This document shows positions 25,193 to 43,479 of a stretch of DNA of 64,000 nt, piece after piece (the stretch's first letter is position 1; each line of letters starts with the position of its first letter). Location: positions 12,524,001 through 12,588,000 of the forward strand of contig CP075492.1 in the NCBI GenBank assembly GCA_021613535.1, written 5' to 3'. The translations under genes and the position numbers were made by a program. The notes under the pieces were generated by a model that had not been told where the DNA came from, searched no databases, and saw nothing but the letters and a program-made list of their open reading frames with translations. This DNA comes from Adineta vaga (Eukaryota > Animalia > Rotifera).

Positions 25193-27024
25193 TTACATAT
25201 GTAATTCAGTTGTGTTTCTAGCTGATTCATCATCATTAGGTAAATATGATGGATTTTCTCCAGAAACTGTGATAACTATATGCCTTCGTTCGCCTTCTTC
25301 ATCAGTCGTTTCAATATCACTGATATCTTCGACGGTCGATCGTATAGGTGTTGTGATATTATCAATTATTTCAGTGTGTGAATCAATGAAACGATTACTA
25401 GCACGTTGTGTAGTTGTGAATGAATCATGAATGCTACCATATCGTCGAGAATTCGATGTTGGTTGATTAAATACAACTTCTGTTGTTGATCTTAGTGACG
25501 AAGATAGATTTTCGATACTTTCTGAGGTATCACTTGGTGCAAATAAAGCTCCACGAGCACCGCTATTCGGTGGATTGAATAGACGATTTACTAGAAGAGA
25601 ATAATATTTTGTTTTGAATGTGATAACTGTATTAAGAAAATAAAATTTACTAGACAACTGGCGATTATTTGATAGATCAATGTTCGAATCAGTAGTAGTT
25701 GAATGAATTAGAGGCGTTTGTTCTGTTGCTGATCTTTGTCGCGAACGATCACCATTATCTTCATCATCGGAATGATCAAGATTAGGAAAGACATATCGTT
25801 TACACACTGGGCATTGTCGTCGATTATTAATTAACCAAGGATCAATGCATTTCATATGATACGCTAGAATTAATCAAATCTCTAAGAAATATAATCTACA
25901 AAAAGAACGAAATAACAAACCATGATTGCAAGGTAAAATACGTAATTTTGCTCCTTCTTGAAAATCATCCAAACAAATAACACATACTTCCCATGGATCA
26001 CTTTTAACAAATTTTTTAAGAGTTAATTGTTTAAGTGCTGATCGTGGTAAACGATGACGACGTGTTCGACGTCGTTCTAAATGACATTTCACCAACTAAA
26101 TAAATGAGAAAAGAAAATCATCTAGTTTCGTAAACAATATTCTAGAAAACTAGAAACAACTCATACAATGAAACCGAGTAGACCGAAAAATGAAACAGCT
26201 ATCACAACGATAAATGGTATTATATATATTCCAAAGTTGAATGGTGGTTCCGGAATTATTTTTATATAATACCTGTTATATACTAAAGAATTAACAATAA
26301 TATGAAAAACTAATCTTACATTGGCGTAGCATTCACTGTTGTTTTATTATACAAAAAATGTGAAATTAACAACAAACCATCAGTTTGTGTAATCATTGTT
26401 GATGGTATATGAACAGCTAAATAGAAATAGAAGAATATTATATATAGTTTGATTTATCTTTACTTTTCGACGATGATCCCATTGAAAGTAAGTTATCCTC
26501 ATAGTTATATATAATAACTGCACTAAAATTCGCTAGTTGAGCATTTTGTACCTGAAAATAGGATAAGAAAAAAAGAAAATTTGTACAATTAACAATCAAA
26601 ATTTACTTTCACAGCAAATTCACAAGAATCTGCATCGTTTGTTCGAGCGATAAGTGCAATCCATTTATATCCTTTATCATGAATATCGTATGGTGGTGGT
26701 GATATTTTATGACAAGCATTTGCTGGATTTGTTGTTGTTATATAGCCCTTTTAAAATATATGCGCAATATATATTTATAAATATATATATAATTGTCGTA
26801 TTTATTCATACTTTCAATCCTCCGGTGGGCAATGTTGGACCGAAACTAGCAGTTTGATCATCGAAACTTTTAAGTAATTGATTCGTTATATTATACTAGG
26901 AAAAACGATCTGATTTTTATTTTAATTATAAGGTAATATCTTATCATACCACATTCACATCTGATAGAATCGTTTGAATAAAATAATAAAATAGAAATAT
27001 ATTGACTACATTGATGTTCATCAT
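25193..27024 (-). CDS. PA-TM-RING E3 ligase (RNF13/RNF167/Godzilla-like)
   Basis: Signal peptide; ASFGP, NPANAC, CEFAVKVQNAQ (PA domain); TM helix; RRHRLP; RING-H2 CVICLDDF...LRILPCNH...CIDPWL...CPVCK. Confidence 0.92.
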
Positions 27025-28161
27025 TGAATTATAAATGCAATTGATCGACTGAAAATTTCGTATTTACCTTTTTATCACATCATCATGCGTTAATAGAAAC
27101 AAATTTTTCGTGTTGGTTAAATGAACCCTTCGAATATTAATAATGTTTGAGAGAGGGCAGCAGTCGTTGAGTAACTTGATGTAAATGTAACATTATTTCT
27201 ATTACGACAGACATTATGTTATAGATGATTCACTATATGATTAATTAACATCATCCTCTGCAACAGTTGTTTTTAAAAAAACTTTTGTCGATCATATATG
27301 ATATTTCTCTTGATGAACAATCCTTTTATTCATTTGTTACTCTTGTATTTCAATGCTAATTTGTTTAGTTTTTCTGCTGTATTCTATTGATTATTATATT
27401 AATATCGATAGTATTCTATTCTTCGTCTGTGCTTTCTACTATTTGACTTTCTTTGATTCACATGAAAAAATAAGTGAACGTCTAAATATAAAAGGAAGAA
27501 AAGAGCCTATCATATACATTACTATACGATAGTATTACTAAAATTATATTAGCAATTAAAACGATGATAACAAAAACAGACCCAATAAATCATCAATTTT
27601 TTTTGTTTTCAACTCTGGTCATTCTTACGATGATGACGTTCTTAGACAAATAATCGTCTGTAAGATGTGGGTGGGTATTTAAGAGTAATACAATACAACG
27701 ATAGAATAGAAAAAACTTAATTGGCAGAGAAGCACTCGACTGATGAACGAATCGACGTAAGTTCTTCTTCGAAAAACTGTTGTCGCTAGTAGCTCCATAT
27801 GAGTAATTTACAATCGTAGCTAGCGTGTATTACTCATAAACATCACATGTTCCCCATTTTTGACAGCATAATAGATGACATAGAATAAATGATTTCCCAA
27901 CGCTGTAGAATTATAAACTAGGAAATGCCTATTTAATCTGTCACTAAATAGAAACATGAAAACGACGCATTTTCTTTTCTTTCATACATATTTATTTCGA
28001 AATCAATTTGCGTTTATTTCTCTTATTTTCGTTCTGTCATATGACGCGGTCTTATCTTGTGACCTCTTTCTTCACCACATGACTACTAGAAATAACATAA
28101 GTATAAAACAAAACACAAATACGTTTTTTTTCATAATATATTTTCAGAAATACGACTAAAA

Positions 28162-29279
28162 ATGACTTCAACAGAATCAATAATTTCAAACCAAATGACC
28201 GTTCTGGCTAAATTGCCGAGTGTATTAAAATGTAATGGTCCAAAACTTGTACCATTTTTTAAGACGGTTGCCATTTTTTTTATTCTTTTTCCAAAAGCAA
28301 AATATAGAACTGCTGATATGTTTTATTTAATATTTAAATGCTTACCAATATGTTCTTTAATTTTATTTATTCTATTACATGGAATTAATTTACGAGGATT
28401 TGAATATTCTTATTCAAGAAGAATATTAACCGGTTTAGCTTTTTCCTTACTTGGTGATGCATTACTTGTCTATGATCATTCATTTTTCATTCATGGCGTT
28501 TTAGCATTTGGAATATCGCATGTTTTATATGCTACAGCATATGGAATGAGACCTTTAAGAGTCTTTATGTTACCTTTCATGGTTTTACCAGTAATTGTTA
28601 TTTATTTAATGCTCTCGGGTGTACTCTATAAACCATTATCATATGTGGTAAGTTTCGTTTATTTGTACTGATGGTACATTTCAAATTTTATCTATAGATT
28701 TATGCTTACATTGGTTTAACAATGTTTATGATTTGGCGAGCAATGGCAAGAATTAAAATTGATAATAATAAATGGACATGGACACGATTCTATAGTTTTC
28801 TCGGTATGCAATTAACTTATTTCAAGAAGTTTTATTTTTCCAATGAATCTTTTCATATTTTAGGTGGTATACTTTTTGCAACAAGTGATGCTCTTCTTGC
28901 ACTTGATCGTTTTGTTACTCCATTAGTTCATTCTCAAATTCTGGTGATGGCAACATATTACGCAGCCCAATTACTTATTGCTCTATCTGTTGTTGATTCA
29001 CATGAAGATACTGAGATGAACTTTTGTGTTATTCAAGAAACAGATATAATTAAACTTGTTCAAGAAAATGGTCGACGTCTTTCTCAAGTACATCGTGATG
29101 ATTTATTTGCACTAGTTTCTGCTAAACGTGCATTTATTCAACAAACAGTAGCAAATACACAAATAGTAACAATTTTAATGGAGAAAAAAGTACAAATCGG
29201 TCAAAATATTGTTTTACTTCTAAATCGCACACCAGTTGTATTATTTATTAAACCAACACCACATTCGAAAAATGATTGA
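28162..29279 (+). CDS. TMEM86/YhhN family lysoplasmalogenase-like membrane protein
   Basis: KCLPI, GLAFSLLGDALL, GVLAFGISHVLY, LFATSDALLALDRF, VMATYYAAQLLIALS. Confidence 0.9.
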
Positions 29280-30186
29280 AGGGAACAAAGAAAAAAAGCA
29301 ATCAATGATTTTTCAAAAATGAAAGCAATAGAAACAGTCAAAATTCTATAAATACTGTATATAGTAGAGCATTCTATCAGATATAGAAGATGATTTCCAT
29401 TTATTTTCTTTTTCTTTAGTTTTGATGATCGTTGTTGAACAAACTTGTATATATCTGTTTGTTTTCCTTTGCATATATGGGTGATTTGCGTTACTATTGT
29501 ATCGTTCGATGAAATAATCGCAAATAAATCGAAGTAAAGATGAAGAAAATTTGAGTTACACATTCGATAGAGCCCTATCAGATGCACATATATTATGCGT
29601 TTTTCCAACTGTCAGTTCCTTCATTCCAGCAAATACTCAGTTTTTTCATAGAATACTGTGCTTACAGTGTTACGTTTCATTAGTATAACAACTGAAAGAG
29701 AATAAGCGACAAGTCTCGATCACTTATAAAGTGTCAAGAATTTCCAGTGTACTTGTATGTGTCTGGAATGGTAGCGCAAATCACCGATATCTATTATGTA
29801 AAGCAGGAAAGATATTAAATATATAAAATATATTTATTCTTTAAACGATCCAATGATTTCTTTCTTTTCAGTATTCGTAACGATTGATTACAACTTAATA
29901 TAAATGAATGTTTTATATTGAAATAAATTCCGTTTGCGTCATCTGCTCTTTAGCATTTCGTAGTGATTGGTTAAAATTGCCTATAAGTGACAGAAATATT
30001 AACACAACGTTTGTTGACATATTCTCTGATGAGTAATATTTGAAAAAAAAAACGCTCACGGTCGTTGCTATAGACAAACAATGGAGCACTTCATATGTTG
30101 ACCTTGAGCTCTATTTTCATAATAAATAAGATATGGAGGTATCTGAAAGCATTTTTTAGAATCATTTTTCGCTTCGAATCGTAAAA

Positions 30187-31589
30187 ATGCCAAAAATAGG
30201 ACTAAAATTAATGTTAGTTGGCATTGCTTTAGCTCTAATTACGATTGTGTCACTTGTTTTATCTAGTATTAGTCGATTGAATACATATCAAAGTATGTAC
30301 TGTATATATTTCTTTTCATTCAAAAGATTAATCTCTATTTTGATTTGAAAAGTTGCTGTTCCTTATAATAGACTCACAAAACAACTTCAACGAGAAGTGA
30401 AATCTGCTGGTTTACATGTTGGGTCGCCAGGTTTTGCATTTATTACTTTTCCGAGTGTGTTTACTTCAATGCAACTGAATGAAATATCGGTTTGTATTTG
30501 TATTTAATTATTCAAATTTTTCACATATTTGAAAAACGTTCATTTAGTGTCTGAATCAAGATGGTATTTCGATTGATTTAGATGTGACAGTACAATTTCA
30601 AGCTGATCCAAAATATTTATATGATATTATTTTACAATTTAAAGATTTCAATGGATATAAACAAATACTTGATGCATCAGGTCGAGCAGCTGTTCATGAT
30701 GCGTGTGCACAGTTAGTTGAATTTAAAAAACAACAACAAAAAGAATAAATTTTCACTATTTTCTAGTTTTAATACAACTGCATTTCAAAGTATGAGAGGT
30801 TATTTTCAAGTCAAATTATTAGAAGTAAGAAAAATATGAATAAAACGTTCAATTCTGACACAAGGTAATTATAGGAAATGAAAAAAAGCTTAAATCCATT
30901 CTATGTCATTTTACGAGATTTACAGGTAAGTTGTTATTTATCATCAAAGCAATTCTGTTAAATAAAAGATGTTCTCCATAATAGATTAATCGTGTTCGAC
31001 GACCTGGAGATTTTGAAACTGCTGTTAAAGATAAAGAAGCAGCCAAAGAAAATATCAAAGTTAGACGAAATTTTTTCTTGATTATTACATTAGTGATTAC
31101 ATTAGATTGCGGAAAATGAACGACCTAAGTTGCTCACACAAGCACGTACTGAATATCAGAAAGCATTAAAACAAGCACAAATCATCAATGAACGTGCCGA
31201 AACGGATAGTAACATTATTCGAAATCAGTAGAAAAGATATTCATGATTTATTTTAGAAATACACGTTGATCTTTTTTATTTCTTATAGAGCTGAGAATGA
31301 AGCCGAAGCTATTCGAGCACAATATACAGCTGAAACAGGTTAGATCATGTAATTATAAAATTTTCCGATCAATTATTTTTAAATGAATATTTAGAAACGT
31401 ACGTAAAATTGAAGAGAACAATGCGAGTTGATATTGAATCATTATTAAACTATATGGTAAAAATGAATTAATTATTTTCTTATTTGAAAGTCAAATTTTT
31501 ATCTCTAGGCAATTCGATTACTGGGTACATCGAAAAATGAGATTTATATGAATATAAAATCACCAGCTCAAGTTAAATATGATTTATAG
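30187..31589 (+). CDS. SPFH/band-7 domain protein, many small exons (absent from the ORF track)
   Basis: N-terminal hydrophobic anchor; AGLHVGSPGF, CLNQDGISIDLDVTVQFQ; Ala/Glu coiled coil RAENEAEAIRA; ends QVKYDL* at 31587-31589. Confidence 0.8.
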
Positions 31590-31682
31590 ACAAAAGAAAA
31601 ACATTGTGATCAATTGAGTAATCTAGTGAATAAAAGTTTATTATCTGTATGAATCAAATCTTAATTTTATTGCATTTCTTTT

Positions 31683-32807
31683 CTAACATGTTTGTACAAT
31701 ACTTCTCCATTCTCTCGATAAAACTTGTGGTTTATGCCATGTTGAAATTTCTGATTGATATTTCTTAACTAAATAATTATCGGAAAGACGATTATAAATA
31801 TTCGATGCATACGAACCATGTTCTCCATGATTTGAAAACAGATTGATATCTTCATCACAATAATTTGTTGTTATTACTATACCATTTCCTTTTGGTTTAT
31901 GTATACTTGGAAAAAGAATTCGTCGAATAAACTCATCAATTGTATTGATACCAAGAAAACGTTTCCAATTATCAATTTTTTTTGATCTATAACTGATTGA
32001 TTCATCGCCACATTTTTGATGAGCTAAACTTTCTACTAATGTTTGATCTCGACTAATCATATGTCCATGACAACAACTCATACCAAATAATGCGCATCCT
32101 ACTGGTAATGCTAAAATAAAGATATAATAGGTAATAAATCCATCGACGTCAAGAGTGCTCAGAATATCAGATACTTTAAAGAATGAATCGATATGTCGAA
32201 ATCTAGGAATAGAGAAAGTGTCATATTTGTAAAATTCAAAAGATAATTATGACATACATTTGTATACCCAATCGACTGATTTGATATTCTCGATATCCAA
32301 AGATAGTCGCATAAAAACATCCAATAGACATGAAACAACAAAATTGAAAAAAATATCGATGATTATAAAAGCCAACACAATTATTTAACCCTAGAATTTC
32401 GAAATTTTACACTAATTTCTTCATTTATTTTCTTTTAACTTACATGGACAATGATGATCGAATCTTAATACACAAGCATTACACCAACGGCAATGATGTG
32501 TTCTTGGTGGTTTATTGAATGAACATTTTTTACATAAAGGATATTGTCTTGCTAAATGTTGATAATTTTTTGCTAGACCGGGTGATGTAAAACATGCCAT
32601 TATATAATTAAAATAGATATTGATTGCAAGCCAATTACCAAAAATAAAATGAAATATGAATTTACCATATTGTTTTTCTTCAAGTACGGCCGGTGCAATT
32701 GAAGAATAGAATACGTAAACAATGTATGTTGTTAGGGAGAAAAAGATCAACATGCAAAAATAACCGATTAGATTTGATAAGATTTTTTTCGTTTGATCGT
32801 GCGACAT
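31683..32807 (-). CDS. DHHC palmitoyltransferase (ZDHHC16-like)
   Basis: CKKC...[23 protein letters not shown]|[18 protein letters not shown]; three exons. Confidence 0.9.
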
Positions 32808-35382
32808 AGTTGAAAAAGAAGGAAGTCAGGAATGTTTGTTTATGTGAAAAATGTCATGAATAGTTATACATATACATCATTGAGGTAATGTGTGGATTCA
32901 ATAGTGTATCTGTACAGGCTAGGTAGGACACGGTTGAATGAATCTTACAGGTAAATGAATGAACTGAAGGTAAGACGAAGGATGCAATCGAGAAGCGTGT
33001 TTTTACAAAAGTAACTATATATTGCTGATACATTTAAATGCACAAATGATTTGTGTGTGTGCATGTATATACTAACATTATTTAATACGATGGAAAACTT
33101 CTTGATTTTAGTACAAAGATATCGAAGAGAATAAAATTGATTCGCCATACATTCAGATGATTTAATAGTTTCCGTTCTAAACATTATGAAACAAATAGAG
33201 TTAGTCAATTGCTAAATTTCAACTTGAACTAGAAGTACATATGTATTTCCCTGTATACATTATTATGGGTATAGGTAGATCGAATTGTGTCAATAACATA
33301 TATGCATTTTCGGTCCTGCCAATGTGAACTTTGATAAATAATGGTATATCATAGGAGTAACATTCTTTACACGAATACTATTAGAATCAAAATGCTCCGA
33401 ATCAATCCGAGATTTTTTTATCTTGTATAGGTTTGTAAATTATGTTTCATGCAATAGTAGTATTTTGTTTATTTAGCAATACAAGGATTCATAATATTTA
33501 CGAGCATACATAACGTACATTGCCAATAACTAAAGGCAATACAAACAGATAAGGTTAACTGTATGTCTCCGCAGATGTTTGCACGTCGCGATAAATTACA
33601 TGTTTCAGATTAGCCTTGGAACATACGATAACACCTTTCATTTTGATTTATTTCTTATTGTTTCCAAGGAGAAAATACTTGTCATCGATAGAAACTCTCA
33701 ATACACATGCTTGATTATGTTTCTGCCTTCAAAATTTTAATTAAAATATATTCTCTTACAATTTATAAGATATTATCTAGTCATGTGGAAATTTTCAAGC
33801 GTTATGTATTTTCTTTTTCTCTGTTACTTATCTCGAATAGAATTTATACTATTCTTCACGATGATTTTGTCATTTACGATTGTTGATACATCTTGAAATT
33901 ATATGATCGAATACATAAGATTTAATTGCGTTTTAACTTTTAGTCCAGCACGCACCTGATGTGTATTCTAGTACATAAGTATATTTCTTCTATATTCATT
34001 CCTAAATATGCAATATGAATTCTTAATTGACTAACATGTTCGATAATTTTTGCAAGATTTATTGAGTCTGTCATCGAGTTTGATTGTCTTACATACGAAC
34101 GAAGTGCTTTTACAAAACTGACTGTAAAGAAATTCATAGATTTGATCAATCTAATCATGCACATATTGACATCAAGCGCGGGTGTGTTCAAAAAACAAAT
34201 TCAATATTAGATTCATATTTAGATAGATATTCGTCCACATCAGAGATTATTACCGCCATGTCTCAAAAGTAAGTGAATATAAAATCAATTTTTCAGTCTC
34301 CTACTGTTCGTATTCTACAGTTTGATTTGACTTGTTTTGTTTCTATTATATAGAAGTAAAGGACATTACTTTTTACGTTGACAATGAAATCATTCATACA
34401 GTTTGATAGATGTCTAAAAATAGCTGCGTTTTAATCCTACCAAGAAAAATCTTCTCAGTCAGAAAACGTACTTGTGATTATTCATCAAAGCATTTCAAGT
34501 TTTTCTTTGTCGTTTTCAGAGAAATGATTCATGTTATTAATGACAAAGATGATATTAGTAGTACAACATTATAATAAAGAACACGTTACACCGACCTATG
34601 ATTTTGAATACTATCGTATTGTATTTAGGTCGTTGATGAGTTTTTTTTTTGTAATTAAGAAATATAAAGCGGATTCTATTGACACATGTATACTCTTACA
34701 GACAAACAGTAACTTTCTTTTTCTTTGAAACAATGTGTATCACAATTAGTGGAATAATCAATAGTAGATCATTACCGGTCAATCATATTCACTATGTAGA
34801 CAACAATTCAGTGTTCTTCTGTCGGCATTTTCTTTTCCTCAGGCTGTTCGCATCCCAGTTTTTTTCTTCATATCTATCTATCTTCTTTTTTTCTCATGGT
34901 CGTTGTACGTCAATGGCATTCTCTGTCATATATACAAGTCGTTGCATTTTTTTTTCTTCTTTCTTTCCATCTTAACGCCATTATTAATAGTGATGATGAT
35001 GATGCTGGAACCATAGAATAGAAAATGTCGAAGGTAAAAGCAAAGCAGCACGTACTACATACTTCGTTGTTCTCTTTTTTCTTCTTCTTCTTCTTCTTCT
35101 CCTTCTTTTGCATCGGACTCGTATTTTCGATGCTGATTCATCATCATCTTCGAAAAAAAAAGAAGAAAACGAAGAAAGAAAGAAAGTCTGCCCGATGTTG
35201 TATTTCTTGCTTATGGTACGACGGAAAAGAAAAAGAGAACGAGAGTAACATGCGCAGCCGATTTGACAATCAAGCAGAAGCAACATTCACAGTTACGGTG
35301 CAAGACATCTCTGAATGAGAGAGAAATTTTGTTTGCTAAAGGAATGGATATTGAAATCATGAGAAAGATTCTAAATTTCCGG

Positions 35383-36369
35383 ATGTATTACTGGTGGATA
35401 CTAGTACTTATTCAAAATGTTTACTCATCTCCTCCACAAGGTATGACGTCAATTGAACAAGAAAAACCACATCATAATTATGAATTTGTTTACGGTTTTT
35501 TTTCTTCTTTTAGTTCAATTTATAACGAAATGTGGTCAAACGCTCAATTTCTCCTCCTCATCATTATCGATCCTTTATACACCTACATCAAGTCTATCGT
35601 GTTGTAATATTACACTAGCACAATCATTGTCAGATTCTTCAGAACAAATAACAATTAATATTCTTAACATGTCAATAAAAAATCCTTCATTAAAAACTTT
35701 GAATAAACAATTCGATTTAATAACTTTTTCTACTTATACAACATCGAATAGAACATATTTGAAATCTGATATTTTAAATTTACCAATAACATTCAGTTTA
35801 TGCCAATTTACTAAACAATCTTTTGAAATTTTGATAACAAATATATCAAAAGGTCCATGTCAATCGAATCAATATCGTTGTTTAACAACAAATAACAATC
35901 AATGGTGTATTGATGAAATCTATCATTGTGATAGTTATCATTCATGTCCACAAGGAATGAATGAAGATGGATGTACAAGTATTAGTTCTTCAATAAATAT
36001 TCTTACATATAATTACAATACTTTTCTTTCTTTCAATTAGAATCAATGTCAAAGTCATCATCTCCAAAGATCGAACGAACTATTCGTGGTGGAATTGTAA
36101 CGACAATAATTGTCTTTGGTCTATTACTTATTATTGCTTCAGTTAGCATTGCTCTTGTTTTTGTTTATTTTCGTCGAAAACATCAAAGACATCGACAATT
36201 TACCTATTCACTTGAATCGACAAGTGATGATTGGGAACCAACAAGTACCGGCTATCGTTTATTTGATAATTGGACTAATAATCGTCGTCACACAGAAAAT
36301 AATCTTGATAATATTAATATTGATGCTAATGAACATATGCCTATTGCAACTAATATGACAAATCGGTGA
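35383..36369 (+). CDS. Single-pass receptor-like protein: signal peptide, degenerate CUB-like region, LDLa repeat, TM, short tail
   Basis: MYYWWILVLIQNVYS; CQSNQYRC...CIDEIYHCDSYHSCPQGMNEDGC (LDLa); TM IVTTIIVFGLLLIIASVSIALVFVYF followed by RRK. An upstream in-frame ATG is also possible. Confidence 0.75.
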
Positions 36370-37607
36370 TGTCAATATATGCTTTTTCTTGTTCCGTTGA
36401 AATTCTTCCTTTTTTTTCTTATTTATAAAAAATATTATTAAGGACATACATATATAAATATATATATTTAATATATTCTTTTATTTTTATTCACGAAACT
36501 AATACCCAACGTAGATCAAATCGATATGAAAACAATGAACACAACATCATTTGTATTGCACTTCTTATTTATTCAAACCATGAGTCAGTCGTTAAATAAA
36601 CATCGTATTTGGTTAGAATAATATGCGTTCTATGTCATCAATGATTATTAGGACAACTGAGAGATGATATGAAAAATCGTTTTGCATATTGCTTCTACTT
36701 AATTATTCATATTATTTCTTATCCGATCAGCAGTTGATTGTAAAAAAAGAATTTTTGATTTGATTTATTATCGATGAAAAACTATGAGATTTCTTTTTTT
36801 TTTATTGAAGAAGTTTACAATCGTTTTTAAGTGTCGAATTGTTACTGATAGATGATGACAAGTTATAGACAGATAGATAATAATCCATCAGATATGTATG
36901 TAAACAAAAATTTTAAGTAAGAACAAAAGAAATTTTCTCAAACATATTTATTATGATATGATTAATTTTTCAAAGATAGTAAATACATCATCATAGAAGG
37001 TTAACACAAGAATGATTATGTGTTTTAAAGATAATACGTCACAGTCTTATCTTACAAGGAAAATAACCTTTGGATTGAGTTTATTCTTTCAATATGTTAG
37101 ATGAGATAACAGGTAGATCTTAAAAGTTATATCGCAAATGTTTTGCGTCAAAGTTTAGTTATTGTTATGATATGATAAGAAAAATTAAGTTATTGTTTTT
37201 TATCCAAACAGTACTCATCATAACAAACATCTGGTTTTCATCTAATAATGAAGAGAAGTTAAAATGATAAATAATGTAAATTTTGAACTAACTGTTCGCT
37301 TTACTTTGCAACTTGTTTATCGGATAATCATCAGTTGAATCAGATCTAGTTCGAGTCAACTTATAAACGAAATTTATAAAGATTTTTCATAATAAATTTG
37401 TATTGAATGCTGTTTCTTCTCTCATTGTTTGAATGCGACATCTACTAACATACATTGTATTCGTTTACGTACTCATCAATAAAAATCAGTATACATTGAC
37501 TAAGACTAAAGACGAAATTCTGATGGAATTTTCTCAATCTTAATTCATATATACAAAGAACAAAAACAATTGAGTTCGTGTAGGATCGTTTTCTTTATAT
37601 TTCATAG

Positions 37608-42344
<4,737 letters not shown>

Positions 42345-43479
42345 TCTTTATTGTTCTTCTCTTTTTTTTGTTGTTGTTGTCTCCTCCAATCTAAATCTTC
42401 ATGTATTTTGTGTATTGTGTTTTGTACAAAGATAAAGACAAAGAGAGATTGATTTCTCATCTTCGAAAGTGAAAGTAAAGAGTAAGAAAAAATGGTTGAT
42501 TATTCTCTGTTTATATGAATATTTACATACATAGAAAAAGAAGACAATAAATAGAGATAGAGAAGTTCTCGTCCTGTCGCGATTGATTATATACAATTGA
42601 ATATAACACTTTACTGTTCTCATCAATCATTGATACAAGTACATACATCGACGGTGAAGAAAGACGAGAAAGAACGAGAGGAGAAGAAGAAGAAAATATC
42701 TTGTTTTATTTCTATTGTACATTGTTATATACGACGATGACTTGATCGGACAAACGTAGTAATGAATTGTGAATGTTGATTGTTGATATGCTGTTTTTAT
42801 AGATGAGAAAAGGAAAAAACATCAGCACATTCTTCTCATTTTCTTTTTGGTTACTATTAATAATAGATTCTTCTGATATGGCACTTCTTTTCTTTTCTGC
42901 TTCGTCTCGTTCTTCCTCCCCCGTCCTGCTTTATGCTAAGCGTATATTGCCACATAGATTCACATAGATATTCACATATGCTATTCGTTGCACATCATTT
43001 ACATAGAATGCAAGAGTAAGATTCACTTAGATATCAATGACTATTGGATTAGTTGTTTTTTTATTGTCTTCTATCGGCAACTAAATGCATATATATATAT
43101 ATATATATATGTATATATCAGTAAACGATTATGCCTGCATTTATAACATAGATTCCTATGATCACTCATTATATATCTCTATATACAAGCGCAAATAACA
43201 GGCATTTTGAAAATTATGAGGTCGATGAATATGACACATTTTCAATCATTTACAACTAATATGCGTAAAAAAATATAAATTTCAGGTATACATCTTCTTT
43301 ACAAGGTAAATTGGACGACAGTTTTTTTTAATGACCTCGCCATTTTACATCTATTCCTATCAATTATATCGATACTCAAGTATATATATATATACGAATA
43401 GCTATATTATCACAAGTGAGTTTATTGTTGTTGATTGATTATTTTTACTTTAGATTAACGATAAATCAAATAAGTCCGA

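Noticed and set aside
27735-27780. CTGATGA followed later by GAAA (hammerhead-like)
   Set aside because: The stem II candidate is not directly followed by GAAA, and stems I and III are absent.
32945-35318. Short ORFs and poly-K/R/F ORFs
   Set aside because: Produced by (TTC)n and A-rich simple repeats or chance; no coherent exon chain found.
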